Below are positions 9,119-18,291 of a DNA stretch of 64,000 bases, in pieces; within the stretch, counting starts at the first letter, position 1; the number at the start of each line of letters is the position of its first letter. Origin of the DNA: an uncultured Flavobacteriales bacterium (GTDB lineage: Bacteria > Bacteroidota > Bacteroidia > Flavobacteriales_D > Parvicellaceae); contig CALJHN010000006.1 in assembly GCA_938075455.1 (NCBI GenBank), positions 48,182 to 112,181 of the forward strand, given 5' to 3'. The position numbers and the translations under genes were made by a program. The notes below the pieces were generated by a model that saw nothing but the letters and a program-made list of their open reading frames with translations, ran no database searches and was not told the origin of the DNA.

Positions 9119-9348
9119 AAATAGCAAAAATCAATCTTGGAATTTTAACCACTTTTATTTTAATCACTTCCTGCGGTGGTTGGTCAGAAAAAGATAAGGA
9201 TAGATATTTAAACGAGTGTGAGAAAGCAAAATTAGATTCTGCATTTTGTAATTGTAGTTTAGAAAAAATCACTTCCAAATACAATAGCTTTGAGCATGCT
9301 ATGAGAAACGAAAACAATTTCCCAGAAATTTTTAATGCATGTAAATAA
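9115..9348 (+). CDS. Small Cys-containing lipoprotein, unknown function
   Basis: 77 aa, ATGA overlap with previous gene, lipobox ILITSC, four further Cys (C35, C45, C47, C76). Confidence 0.45.
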   Translation: MKIAKINLGILTTFILITSCGGWSEKDKDRYLNECEKAKLDSAFCNCSLEKITSKYNSFEHAMRNENNFPEIFNACK

Positions 9349-9350
9349 TA

Positions 9351-9719
9351 TTAAATTATTTTTTTGTAGAAAAAAAGTAAAAGACCAAAACAAAGAAAAA
9401 TACTTAAGGCAACATTAGTAAATGCCCAATAATAACTTCCAGATTTCAATAAATCTATAGTTTCAAGGCTGAAAGTAGAAAAAGTGCTTAAACCTCCACA
9501 AAACCCAACTATTATAAAAAGCTTTGTGTTTTGATTTAAATATTTTGATTCTGATAAAATTGCTAAAAAAATACCCACAATTAAACAAGATATTAAATTA
9601 GAAAATAATGTACCTATAGGTAAATCTCCTTTATAATATTGAGAAAAGAATTTTGAGATAAAATACCTTACTAATGCTCCAAAGCCTCCTCCGAAAAAAA
9701 CAGCAATAGTAGAAATCAT
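9351..9719 (-). CDS. crcB: Fluoride ion channel CrcB (Fluc)
   Basis: 122 aa, four TM segments, GGGFGALVRY and GFCGGLSTFSTF signature motifs. Confidence 0.9.
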   Translation of the reverse strand: MISTIAVFFGGGFGALVRYFISKFFSQYYKGDLPIGTLFSNLISCLIVGIFLAILSESKYLNQNTKLFIIVGFCGGLSTFSTFSLETIDLLKSGSYYWAFTNVALSIFLCFGLLLFFYKKII

Positions 9720-10288
9720 AATTTTAAAATGAATTTATTAACATACTTAGAACTTATAAAAGATAATATAAATCCTAAAGTCCAACCTCCAATAATATCT
9801 GAAAGATAGTGAACTCCTAAATATATTCTACTATAGGAAATTAAAACGACGAAAATTAATAAGTATATCCACGATTTAGGATAAGAATTTTTAACCACAT
9901 TAAAAATCATTATTCCAACAATAGACATATTCGTAGCGTGATTCGAGACAAAGCCAAACATTCCTCCTTTATATTCATTAACAAAATTTAGGTGTTTTGA
10001 AACCTCTAGGTGATGGCTTGGTCGAAACCTCTGTATGGTTTCTTTAATTAAATCATGGGCAATTAAGTCTCCTAAACCAACTGTAATACCAATAACAGCA
10101 ATTACTCTAATTGCTTTTTTATAGCTATAAATATTAAAAATTAAGTATATAAATAATAGGTAGAATGGGATTCCAAAAATTGGATTAGTAACTAGCCACA
10201 TTAATTGATCAAAGAATGGATTATTTGATCCATTTAAAAACAGAACAATTTGTTGATCTAGAGTCTCTATTTTATCCATCCATTCCAT
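9716..10288 (-). CDS. PAP2-family membrane phosphatase
   Basis: KETIQRFRP ... SNH ... [12 protein letters not shown] = the tripartite PAP2 acid-phosphatase motif; multiple TM helices. Confidence 0.85.
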   Translation of the reverse strand: MEWMDKIETLDQQIVLFLNGSNNPFFDQLMWLVTNPIFGIPFYLLFIYLIFNIYSYKKAIRVIAVIGITVGLGDLIAHDLIKETIQRFRPSHHLEVSKHLNFVNEYKGGMFGFVSNHATNMSIVGIMIFNVVKNSYPKSWIYLLIFVVLISYSRIYLGVHYLSDIIGGWTLGFILSFISSKYVNKFILKL

Positions 10289-11276
10289 CGTGAATCATTT
10301 TCCAAATCATATCTTTTAGTTCTACAATACCTATTTGTGATATTGAAGAAATAAAAACTGTTTTTATACCAGCAGGTAATTCTTTTTTAATCTCTTGTTT
10401 CAACTCTTCATCTAGCAAATCGCATTTAGTGATAGCTAACATTTTTTCTTTATCCAAAAGTTCAGGATTATATAATTTCAACTCCTTTAATAAAACTTCA
10501 TATTCTTCAATTATATTATTAGAATCTGAGGGAATCATAAACAATAAAACAGAGTTTCGTTCTATATGCCTTAAAAATCTATGACCCAACCCTTTTCCTT
10601 TGTGAGCGCCCTCAATAATACCCGGAATATCTGCCATAACAAAAGACTGATGATCTCGATAAGCAACAATCCCTAAATTAGGAACTATTGTGGTAAAAGG
10701 ATAATTTGCTATTTCAGGTTTTGCAGCAGAAACTACAGAAAGTAAAGTAGATTTTCCAGCATTAGGGAATCCTACCAAACCTACATCGGCCAAAACTTTA
10801 AGTTCAAGAATTTTCCATTCTTCTTTTCCGGGTTCTCCTGGCTGTGCATACCTTGGAGTCTGATTGGTAGAGGATTTGAAATGATTATTTCCTAAACCTC
10901 CTCTTCCACCGCTTAAAAGAATTATTTCTTCTCCATGTTCAGTGATTTCAAAAAGAAAGTCGCCAGTTTCTGCATCTTTTGCTACAGTTCCTAAAGGGAC
11001 TTCTATAATCTCATCTTTTCCAAATTTTCCAGTACACAATGCTGAACTACCAGAACCTCCTCCTGGAGCAATAATATGCTTCCTGTACTTCAAACTAAGT
11101 AGCGTCCAAATTTGTTTATTCCCTCTTAGAATTATATGTCCTCCTCTACCTCCATCTCCGCCATCAGGACCTCCTTTTGCAGTAGTTCTGTCTCTGTGAA
11201 AATGTCTAGATCCAGCACCACCTTTGCCAGATCTACAGCAAACCTTTACATAATCAACAAAGTTACTAGAGGACAT
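10272..11276 (-). CDS. obg: GTPase Obg/CgtA
   Basis: Gly-rich Obg fold ([12 protein letters not shown]), G1 [10 protein letters not shown]3 [10 protein letters not shown]4 TKCD. Confidence 0.95.
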   Translation of the reverse strand: MSSSNFVDYVKVCCRSGKGGAGSRHFHRDRTTAKGGPDGGDGGRGGHIILRGNKQIWTLLSLKYRKHIIAPGGGSGSSALCTGKFGKDEIIEVPLGTVAKDAETGDFLFEITEHGEEIILLSGGRGGLGNNHFKSSTNQTPRYAQPGEPGKEEWKILELKVLADVGLVGFPNAGKSTLLSVVSAAKPEIANYPFTTIVPNLGIVAYRDHQSFVMADIPGIIEGAHKGKGLGHRFLRHIERNSVLLFMIPSDSNNIIEEYEVLLKELKLYNPELLDKEKMLAITKCDLLDEELKQEIKKELPAGIKTVFISSISQIGIVELKDMIWKMIHDGMDG

Positions 11277-11277
11277 T

Positions 11278-11850
11278 TTATTTTATATCTATTGAACTAA
11301 ACAATCGTTCTGTTATTTGATCTACAGATCCAACTCCATCTACGGTAGCTAACTTATTTTGGGCTTTATAATATTCTGATAGTACTGCCGTTTGGTTTTC
11401 ATAAACCTTAATTCTATTTGCAATAATAGATTTGTCTTGATCGTCTGCCCTTCCGCTCTGCTTTCCTCTTAGAAATAATCTGGTAATTAGCTCATCATTT
11501 GGGACTTTTAACGCTATCATCTTGGTAATGGATAGATTCTTTGAAGATAGAAAATCGTCTAAAGCTTTAGCTTGGTGGGTAGTTCTTGGGAATCCATCAA
11601 AAATAAAACCCAATGATTCAGAATGTTTATTTACTTCAGACTCCAACATTTTAATAGTAACCTCATCTGGAACCAACTCTCCTTTATCCATAAATTCTTT
11701 AGCCATTACGCCTAAGTCGGTAGATTCCTTTATATTGTATCTAAAAATATCACCTGTAGATAAATGAATAAGAGAATACTGATTTTTAATTCTTTCTGCT
11801 TGAGTTCCTTTACCTGCTCCTGGAGGTCCGAATAATACAATATTTAACAT
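11278..11850 (-). CDS. adk: Adenylate kinase (short-LID form)
   Basis: [13 protein letters not shown]-loop, [14 protein letters not shown]; start set at ATG 11850 ([11 protein letters not shown]) one nt after hpt stop; LID segment only [11 protein letters not shown]. Confidence 0.93.
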   Translation of the reverse strand: MLNIVLFGPPGAGKGTQAERIKNQYSLIHLSTGDIFRYNIKESTDLGVMAKEFMDKGELVPDEVTIKMLESEVNKHSESLGFIFDGFPRTTHQAKALDDFLSSKNLSITKMIALKVPNDELITRLFLRGKQSGRADDQDKSIIANRIKVYENQTAVLSEYYKAQNKLATVDGVGSVDQITERLFSSIDIK

Positions 11851-11851
11851 G

Positions 11852-12394
11852 CTATTTATTTTCTTCAATTATATAAATGTCTTGTAAATTTCTTCCAATT
11901 CCGTTATAATCTAATCCAAATCCTACAAGAAATTCGTTTCCAACATTAATTGCTGGATATTTAATAGGAATTTTTTTTTTGTAAGCATCCGGCTTAAAAA
12001 GCAAGGTGGCTACTTCCAACGAATTTGGCTCATGAGTTTTAATATTATTGTAAACAGAGTCAATAGTATTTCCAGTATCTACAATATCTTCTACAATAAT
12101 CAAATTTCGACCTTTAATATTTTCATTTAACCCAATAAGGTTTTTCACAATTCCTGAAGAGTTTATTCCTTCATAAGAAGACAATTTAACAAATGAAACT
12201 TCACATTCGTGTTCAAATCTTTTTATCAATTCTGAAGCAAAAAGAAAGGCGCCATTTAAAACACAAATAAAAATTGGTTTTTTATTTGCATAATACGCAT
12301 TGATTTCAGAGCAAAGCTGATCAATTTCAGCTAGAATCTTCTTTGATTCAATGAATAATTTAAAGTGCTTGTCCTCTAGAGTTACTTTTTTCAT
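11852..12394 (-). CDS. hpt: Hypoxanthine(-guanine) phosphoribosyltransferase
   Basis: 180 aa, PRPP-binding loop LIIVEDIVDTGNT, GFGLDYN C-terminal motif. Confidence 0.92.
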   Translation of the reverse strand: MKKVTLEDKHFKLFIESKKILAEIDQLCSEINAYYANKKPIFICVLNGAFLFASELIKRFEHECEVSFVKLSSYEGINSSGIVKNLIGLNENIKGRNLIIVEDIVDTGNTIDSVYNNIKTHEPNSLEVATLLFKPDAYKKKIPIKYPAINVGNEFLVGFGLDYNGIGRNLQDIYIIEENK

Positions 12395-12407
12395 TTTGTT
12401 TATCGAT

Positions 12408-12415
12408 CAAATGTA
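12408..12415 (-). promoter_or_regulatory. Candidate Bacteroidota sigma-A -7 box TACATTTG (TAnnTTTG) for hpt-adk-obg-PAP2-crcB
   Basis: Plus strand CAAATGTA at 12408-12415, 13 nt upstream of the hpt ATG (12394); same octamer used by divergent purK. Confidence 0.45.
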
Positions 12416-12462
12416 ATCATTTCATTTTACAGAAAAATGATTGTTTCTTTAAATTGGTAACT

Positions 12463-12470
12463 TACATTTG
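12463..12470 (+). promoter_or_regulatory. Candidate -7 box TACATTTG for purK-purE
   Basis: TACATTTG at 12463-12470, 18 nt upstream of purK ATG 12489. Confidence 0.45.
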
Positions 12471-12488
12471 TAAAAATTAATTTTATCC

Positions 12489-13649
12489 ATGATTGAAAAT
12501 CAATTTTTTAGTTCAGATTTTAAATTAGGAATACTTGGAGGTGGCCAACTTGGAAAAATGCTTCTTTACGATAGTATCAGATACGATATTTATACAAAGA
12601 TAATGGATCCCAATAAAAATGCTCCTTGCCAAAAAATTTGTGATGAATTTATTGTTGGTGATTTAACAGATTATGACCATGTTGTAAACTTTTGTAAAGA
12701 TGTTGACGTTGTTACTGTTGAGATTGAAAATGTAAATACAGATGCCTTAGAGTTTTTAGAAAAAAATGGAAAAAAGGTTTACCCTTCCTCCAAAACATTA
12801 AAAACCATTCAAAATAAATCAAAGCAAAAAGACTTTTATATTAAAAATAATTTACCTACTTCACCTTATAAAAACTACCAAAACAAAAGTGAATTAATTT
12901 CAGATCTAAATAAAGGATATTTTGAGTTACCCTACGTTTGGAAAAGTGCGAAATTTGGATACGATGGAAAAGGTGTGAAAATAGTTAAAACTTTAGAAGA
13001 TATTAAGAAACTTCCCGATTTAGAATGTTTAATTGAAAAAAAGGTGAAAATTAAAAAAGAAGTTTCAGTAATTGTAGCAAGAAATCCAAACGAAGATGAA
13101 ACTTGTTTCCCTATAGTTGAAATGGAGTTTAATAATGATTCCAATTTGGTTGAATATGTTATTTGCCCTGCTAACATAGCAAAAGAATTAGAGGAAAAAG
13201 CTTATAATATTGCTCTTCAAACTGCAAGATGTTTCAACAGCATTGGACTTCTTGCCGTTGAGCTATTTATTACAGAAAATGACGAGATATTAATTAATGA
13301 AGTTGCTCCTAGACCACACAATTCTGGTCACCATACGATTGAATGTTGTTTAACTTCTCAATTTGACCAACATATAAGATCTATTTTGAATCTACCACTT
13401 GGAAATACAGATTTAAAAATTCCTGGAATAATGCTAAATTTAGTTGGAGAAAATAGAATTGAGGGTTACGTAAAATATGAAAATATTGATAAAATACTTG
13501 ATATTCCTGGCGTTTCAGCTCACTTTTACGGAAAAAAGAAATCAAGGCTAAATAGGAAAATGGGACACATCACAGTAGTTAATAATGAAATCGAAGAAGC
13601 TCTAAAAATTGCAAAAAATATAAAAAAAATAGTTAAAGTAATAGCATGA
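12489..13649 (+). CDS. purK: 5-(carboxyamino)imidazole ribonucleotide synthase (N5-CAIR synthase)
   Basis: 386 aa ATP-grasp protein, [12 protein letters not shown] start, APRPHNSGH motif, followed by purE with ATGA overlap. Confidence 0.93.
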   Translation: MIENQFFSSDFKLGILGGGQLGKMLLYDSIRYDIYTKIMDPNKNAPCQKICDEFIVGDLTDYDHVVNFCKDVDVVTVEIENVNTDALEFLEKNGKKVYPSSKTLKTIQNKSKQKDFYIKNNLPTSPYKNYQNKSELISDLNKGYFELPYVWKSAKFGYDGKGVKIVKTLEDIKKLPDLECLIEKKVKIKKEVSVIVARNPNEDETCFPIVEMEFNNDSNLVEYVICPANIAKELEEKAYNIALQTARCFNSIGLLAVELFITENDEILINEVAPRPHNSGHHTIECCLTSQFDQHIRSILNLPLGNTDLKIPGIMLNLVGENRIEGYVKYENIDKILDIPGVSAHFYGKKKSRLNRKMGHITVVNNEIEEALKIAKNIKKIVKVIA

Positions 13650-14134
13650 AAATGAAGCAAGTTGGAATAATTATGGGTAGCAATAGTGATCTACCGGTAA
13701 TGCAAAAAGCAATTGATATTTTAAAAGAATTTGGGATTGATTCAGATGTTAAAATTGTATCAGCTCATAGAACACCTGAAGTAATGTTTGAGTATGCTAA
13801 AAATGCAAGAACTAATGGAATAAAAGTAATTATAGCTGGAGCTGGAGGAGCTGCGCACTTACCAGGAATGGTTGCGTCAATTTCAACTCTTCCTATAATT
13901 GGCGTTCCTATTAAATCTAGAAATTCAATAGATGGTTGGGATTCTATATTGTCTATATTACAAATGCCAGAAGGTGTTCCAGTGGCAACAGTTGCTTTAA
14001 ATGGGGCCTCAAATGCAGGAATTATTGCAGCTCAAATATTGGGAATTGAAGACTCTTCAATATTTAAAAAATTATCTCAACACAAAGAAAGACTTAAAGA
14101 AAAAGTTATTAAAACCAATAAAGATTTAATATAA
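13646..14134 (+). CDS. purE: N5-CAIR mutase (class I PurE)
   Basis: [30 protein letters not shown] motifs. Confidence 0.95.
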   Translation: MKMKQVGIIMGSNSDLPVMQKAIDILKEFGIDSDVKIVSAHRTPEVMFEYAKNARTNGIKVIIAGAGGAAHLPGMVASISTLPIIGVPIKSRNSIDGWDSILSILQMPEGVPVATVALNGASNAGIIAAQILGIEDSSIFKKLSQHKERLKEKVIKTNKDLI

Positions 14135-14165
14135 TCACATTTTCTATCCAAAGAAGTTTTAAAAA

Positions 14166-15176
14166 ATGATCAAAACAGATATTATAATTATTGGTGCTGG
14201 ACCAGTTGGTCTTTTTACAGTTTTTGAGGCTGGATTACTAAAATTAAAATGCCATTTAATAGATGCTCTTCCACAACCAGGAGGCCAATGTGCAGAGATT
14301 TATCCAAAAAAGCCTATTTATGATATTCCTGGTTATCCAAGTATATTAGCTTCAGAACTGGTGGATAAGTTAATGAAGCAAATCGAACCTTTTAATCCAG
14401 GTTTTACATTAGGGGAAACTGCACAAACTATTGAAAAAAATTCCGATGATGACTTTATTATTAAAACTAATCAAGGAACCTCTATTAAAGCTCCAGTAGT
14501 GGCAATAGCAGGTGGACTTGGAGTATTCACACCTAGAAAACCTAACATACCTAACCTAGAAAGGTTTGAAAACAATAAAGTTTTTTATATTGTTAAAGAA
14601 CCTTCTTTATTTAAGGATAAAGAAATTGTAATTTCTGGTGGCGGAGATAGCGCATTGGACTGGGCTCTTTTCTTTGCAGAGAATTATGCTTCAGATGTAA
14701 AACTTATTCACAGATCTGACAACTTCCGTGCTCATAATGATTCTGTGCAGAGAGCTTTAGATTACTCGAGACAGGGAAAAATTAAAATGATTTTGAATTC
14801 TCAAGTATCGGGTATTTCAAAAAATGAAAATAAAATAACTTTAGATGTTCAATCAAAAGATAATGATTTGTCTATAATAAATTGTGACAATTGGTTGCCA
14901 TTATTTGGACTCACGCCAAAAATTGGACCTATTGGAGAATGGGGTCTTGAAATTCAAAAAAATGCAATTAAAGTGGACAATTCAACAGACTATTCAACAA
15001 ATATTGACGGTATATATGCTATTGGAGACGTAAATACTTATCCTGGAAAGTTAAAATTAATTCTTTGTGGGTTTCACGAAGCAGCAATTATGGTACAATC
15101 TGCATTTAAGAAAGTATATCCTAATAAAAACAATGTGCTCAAATATACAACTGTTACTGGTATTAAAGGTTTTTAA
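14166..15176 (+). CDS. Thioredoxin-reductase-like ferredoxin-NADP+ reductase (YumC type)
   Basis: IIIIGAGPVGLF FAD site, PGGQ..EIYP motif without redox CxxC, second dinucleotide site ISGGGDSALDWA, 336 aa. Confidence 0.8.
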   Translation: MIKTDIIIIGAGPVGLFTVFEAGLLKLKCHLIDALPQPGGQCAEIYPKKPIYDIPGYPSILASELVDKLMKQIEPFNPGFTLGETAQTIEKNSDDDFIIKTNQGTSIKAPVVAIAGGLGVFTPRKPNIPNLERFENNKVFYIVKEPSLFKDKEIVISGGGDSALDWALFFAENYASDVKLIHRSDNFRAHNDSVQRALDYSRQGKIKMILNSQVSGISKNENKITLDVQSKDNDLSIINCDNWLPLFGLTPKIGPIGEWGLEIQKNAIKVDNSTDYSTNIDGIYAIGDVNTYPGKLKLILCGFHEAAIMVQSAFKKVYPNKNNVLKYTTVTGIKGF

Positions 15177-15178
15177 AA

Positions 15179-15499
15179 ATGGATGTTAAAATTCATGTCA
15201 CTGATAGACAAGGAAAAGAACAAATAATTTCTGGACCAACAGATATGAGCCTGAACTTAATGGAACTTCTCAAAGTTCATGAATATCCAGTTGAAGGAAC
15301 ATGTGGAGGTATGGCTTTGTGTGCTTCATGTCATATTTTTATTCACTCCTCACATTTATTGCCAGGGATATCATCTTCAGAGCAAGCTATGTTAGATGAC
15401 AATTGGGACAGTAAAGACAATAGCAGATTAGCATGTCAAATACCTGTAAACGAAAACATTGATTTATTGAAAATAGAATTAGCCCCAGAAGATGTATAA
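15179..15499 (+). CDS. 2Fe-2S ferredoxin, adrenodoxin/putidaredoxin type
   Basis: 106 aa; CGGMALCASCH (C-x5-C-x2-C) plus distal RLACQI cysteine. Confidence 0.88.
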   Translation: MDVKIHVTDRQGKEQIISGPTDMSLNLMELLKVHEYPVEGTCGGMALCASCHIFIHSSHLLPGISSSEQAMLDDNWDSKDNSRLACQIPVNENIDLLKIELAPEDV

Positions 15500-15505
15500 A
15501 TATTT

Positions 15506-16285
15506 TTAAGATCTTAAGCTTTTAGGTATCTCACATACAGGAATAGAGTTCATTTTATGGAGATTTGTTTGATGGTGATGGCTGTAAATCTCTAGTACTT
15601 TTTTTTGTCTTTCAGATAAAATGTATTTAGAATTGAATTCTAAATAATTCATTGCCCACTCTAGTTCATCATAGGTTGCCCCTAGTTGGTCCTCATCGCT
15701 TCTATCGTCGTCCCATAAACCATCTGTTGGTTTTGCTTTTTGGATACTAGAGACAATTCCAAGATGGTTAGCAATCTTAAAAACTTCAGATTTTAGAAGA
15801 TCGGCAATAGGCGAAATATCTACACCACCATCTCCATATTTAGTATAAAAACCAACACCAAAATCCTCTACTTTATTACCAGTGCCAGCAACTAAATACT
15901 TTTTATTACTTGAAAAAACGTAAAGGTTAGACATTCTAATTCTAGACCTTAAATTTGCCATAGATAATTCATCTTGGTTTTCTTTTGGTAATGCATTCGA
16001 GAAGGATTGATAAACGTCTGTTAAGTTAATTTCATGACTTTTTACATTTTCAAAATTACTTTTAAGCCAATTAATATGCTCATTACTTCTGTTAAATTGA
16101 ATGGAATTTTGATGAATTGGCATATTTAGAACTATTGTATTTAAGCCTGTTTTAGCACACAAAGTAGATGTTACAGCAGAATCAATTCCGCCAGATACAC
16201 CAACTACAAAACCATTTAAGCCAGAGTTTTTTGAATAATCGATCAACCAATTTACTATATGAGACACTATACTTTTAGGATTCAC
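15506..16285 (-). CDS. nadE: NH3-dependent NAD+ synthetase
   Basis: PP-loop VGVSGGIDSAV, 259 aa, GTGNKVEDFGVGFYTKYGDG; GTG start. Confidence 0.92.
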   Translation of the reverse strand: MNPKSIVSHIVNWLIDYSKNSGLNGFVVGVSGGIDSAVTSTLCAKTGLNTIVLNMPIHQNSIQFNRSNEHINWLKSNFENVKSHEINLTDVYQSFSNALPKENQDELSMANLRSRIRMSNLYVFSSNKKYLVAGTGNKVEDFGVGFYTKYGDGGVDISPIADLLKSEVFKIANHLGIVSSIQKAKPTDGLWDDDRSDEDQLGATYDELEWAMNYLEFNSKYILSERQKKVLEIYSHHHQTNLHKMNSIPVCEIPKSLRS

Positions 16286-16336
16286 AATGTAAAATTAAAA
16301 AGGATTATTAAATAAAAAATTTTGTCAAAGGGGATT

Positions 16337-17206
16337 CTAAAAAAGGATGCCAAAAGATAAAACAATATTTCCAGGCAAGGATTTCACTCCAACCGACTCA
16401 AAAACACCGGATGAAACTTCTTGTCTTAAAAACTCTTCTTTTTCTTCTGAAACCAATTGATTAAAAATAAAATAATTCCAATTTAGTTGAAAGAAAAGCG
16501 CAGTATTTCCGGAGAGGCTATACTCTGCTCCAGCACCAATAGTTAAACCCAAACGAACAGTCTGAGTACCTTTATCAATATTAATATTATCTATGGATCT
16601 AGTAGATGGTTCTAATGCTGATAAAGTAGAAGCTGTAGAGTCCCAGGTAAATAATTTTGAATCGTCTTCTACTGTAGATTTTGTTTTTAAACCAATTGTT
16701 GCACCAAACTCTCCAAAATAAGTTAAGTAGCCAATTTCATTAGTTTTTAATTTTAAAACAAATGGAATATTAACATAATTAACCGTGTATTTTCTGTTGT
16801 AAAGTTGATAAATATATTTATTTGAATCGTTAAGTAAACCATCATCCCAACTAACAAAATTTTCAGTGGCATCTAAAAGATAAAAAGTTTCATGTTTTAG
16901 GGCTAAATCAGAATCGTAGTAATTAATTCCAGCTGTAAAAGTTGAGAAATTTAATCCTGTTCTTAATGAGGTATTATTGTTTAAATTTAATTCAGTATCT
17001 AAACCCCATCCATAACCTAATCCATAATCTCCTCTTGAATAAAGTTTTTGTTCTTCAGGTGTTAACCAACATAGACTACCTTGACCATACAAACCAAATT
17101 TTACTTTTCTTGATTCTGTGTTTTTTACAACTGGATCATTGACTTGGGAGTTAACTTGTAATACAAATGGTAAATAAAAGAATAGAAATAGTAATAATTT
17201 ATTCAT
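16337..17206 (-). CDS. Outer-membrane beta-barrel protein (porin-family fold), unknown function
   Basis: Start set at ATG 17206 (MNKLLLFLFFYLPFVLQVNSQ signal peptide); alternating hydrophobic beta-strand pattern, C-terminal LSFGILF. Confidence 0.6.
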   Translation of the reverse strand: MNKLLLFLFFYLPFVLQVNSQVNDPVVKNTESRKVKFGLYGQGSLCWLTPEEQKLYSRGDYGLGYGWGLDTELNLNNNTSLRTGLNFSTFTAGINYYDSDLALKHETFYLLDATENFVSWDDGLLNDSNKYIYQLYNRKYTVNYVNIPFVLKLKTNEIGYLTYFGEFGATIGLKTKSTVEDDSKLFTWDSTASTLSALEPSTRSIDNINIDKGTQTVRLGLTIGAGAEYSLSGNTALFFQLNWNYFIFNQLVSEEKEEFLRQEVSSGVFESVGVKSLPGNIVLSFGILF

Positions 17207-17221
17207 TGGATTATATTTATA

Positions 17222-17229
17222 CAAAAATA
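17222..17229 (-). promoter_or_regulatory. Candidate -7 box TATTTTTG for the OMP gene 16337-17206
   Basis: Plus strand CAAAAATA 17222-17229, 15 nt upstream of ATG 17206. Confidence 0.35.
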
Positions 17230-17242
17230 TAAAAAAAACTAA

Positions 17243-17256
17243 CAAATTTAAATTTG
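17243..17256. promoter_or_regulatory. Perfect 14-bp palindrome CAAATTTAAATTTG containing a TAAATTTG -7 box on each strand
   Basis: Read directly; plus-strand TAAATTTG 17249-17256 lies 9 nt upstream of the gldB TTG start (17266); the minus-strand copy (17243-17250) points at the divergent OMP gene. Confidence 0.4.
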
Positions 17257-17265
17257 ATATAAGCT

Positions 17266-18291
17266 TTGAAATATTTATTACACATTTATATTGCAACTCT
17301 ATTATTGGCTTTCATCTCATGTGGCTCCAACAAAAGAAAAATCAAATTAAATAATGACAGTTGGCAAAAATTTAAAACAATACGCTTAGATCAAGTATTG
17401 TTAAACGCTAATAATATTAATGAGATACATCAACAGTTTATAAAATACCCTCAGCTTTATCAAAACTTTTATGCAAATATGATAAGAGCTGGAAAAAAAG
17501 AAGATGTTTTAGTTTCCAGATTACCAATCTCTGTAAAGTCAAACTTTAAGAGTTTTGTAAATGATAGTATTATTAGAATTTTTCTTTTAGAAGTACAGAA
17601 AGAATTCCCAGATTTTGAAAATTATAAAATAGAAATTGCCAAGGGATTAAATAGGTGTGAAAATATTTTTGAGTATCGTTATCCTAAGATGAAGATTGGA
17701 ACATTCTTCTCTTTATTCAATGCAGATGTTCATGAGTTTGATTCAATAATATGGATTGGGTTAGATATGTACTTAGGTGCAAATAATAAACTCACTAAAC
17801 TTTTACCTAATGAATCATTACCACAATATATTAAAGATAAAATGGACAAAAAATATATTGTTTCAGATGTTTTATTTGGACATTTAATGACCCATCATTT
17901 CCAATATTTAGGGGATGACTTGCTGAGCAAAGCTATATCTTATGGTAAAATTGCTTATCTAATGGAGTTGATTTTGCCAGACGAACAAAAAGAGAACAAA
18001 TTTAGATATAGTAAGAAAGAATTAGATTGGTGTCAAAAGAATGAAAAATATATCTGGCAATATATTATAGATCATGAGCTTCTTTACGAAAAAAATCCAA
18101 AAAAAATAAGTTATTTCTTTAATCCTGGACCATTTACCAAGAACTTTGGGCAAGATTCGCCATCAAATATAGGAATTTGGTTAGGTAGCAGAATAATTGA
18201 AGATTTTGCAAAAAACTCTGAATTAAATATTCAAGATATATTAAAAGAAAAAAATATTCAAAAACTATTAAGTAGCTATGACCCAAAATAA
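17266..18291 (+). CDS. gldB: Gliding-motility/T9SS-associated lipoprotein GldB
   Basis: 341 aa, TTG start, lipobox LLAFISCGS; size, lipoprotein nature and position immediately upstream of a clear gldC and near nadE match the flavobacterial gldB-gldC locus. Sequence-level call is from memory, not a search. Confidence 0.65.
   Translation: MKYLLHIYIATLLLAFISCGSNKRKIKLNNDSWQKFKTIRLDQVLLNANNINEIHQQFIKYPQLYQNFYANMIRAGKKEDVLVSRLPISVKSNFKSFVNDSIIRIFLLEVQKEFPDFENYKIEIAKGLNRCENIFEYRYPKMKIGTFFSLFNADVHEFDSIIWIGLDMYLGANNKLTKLLPNESLPQYIKDKMDKKYIVSDVLFGHLMTHHFQYLGDDLLSKAISYGKIAYLMELILPDEQKENKFRYSKKELDWCQKNEKYIWQYIIDHELLYEKNPKKISYFFNPGPFTKNFGQDSPSNIGIWLGSRIIEDFAKNSELNIQDILKEKNIQKLLSSYDPK

Noticed and set aside
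9716-9780. Fluoride riboswitch upstream of crcB
   Set aside because: The crcB start codon overlaps the PAP2 stop, so the upstream sequence is coding and no crcB-motif-like pseudoknot sequence is visible.
11971-11980. T10 (A10 on the coding strand) homopolymer inside hpt as a phase-variation tract
   Set aside because: It encodes KKKI in frame in an essential-type salvage gene. Runs of 8-10 A/T are common in this AT-rich genome, and nothing suggests a contingency locus.
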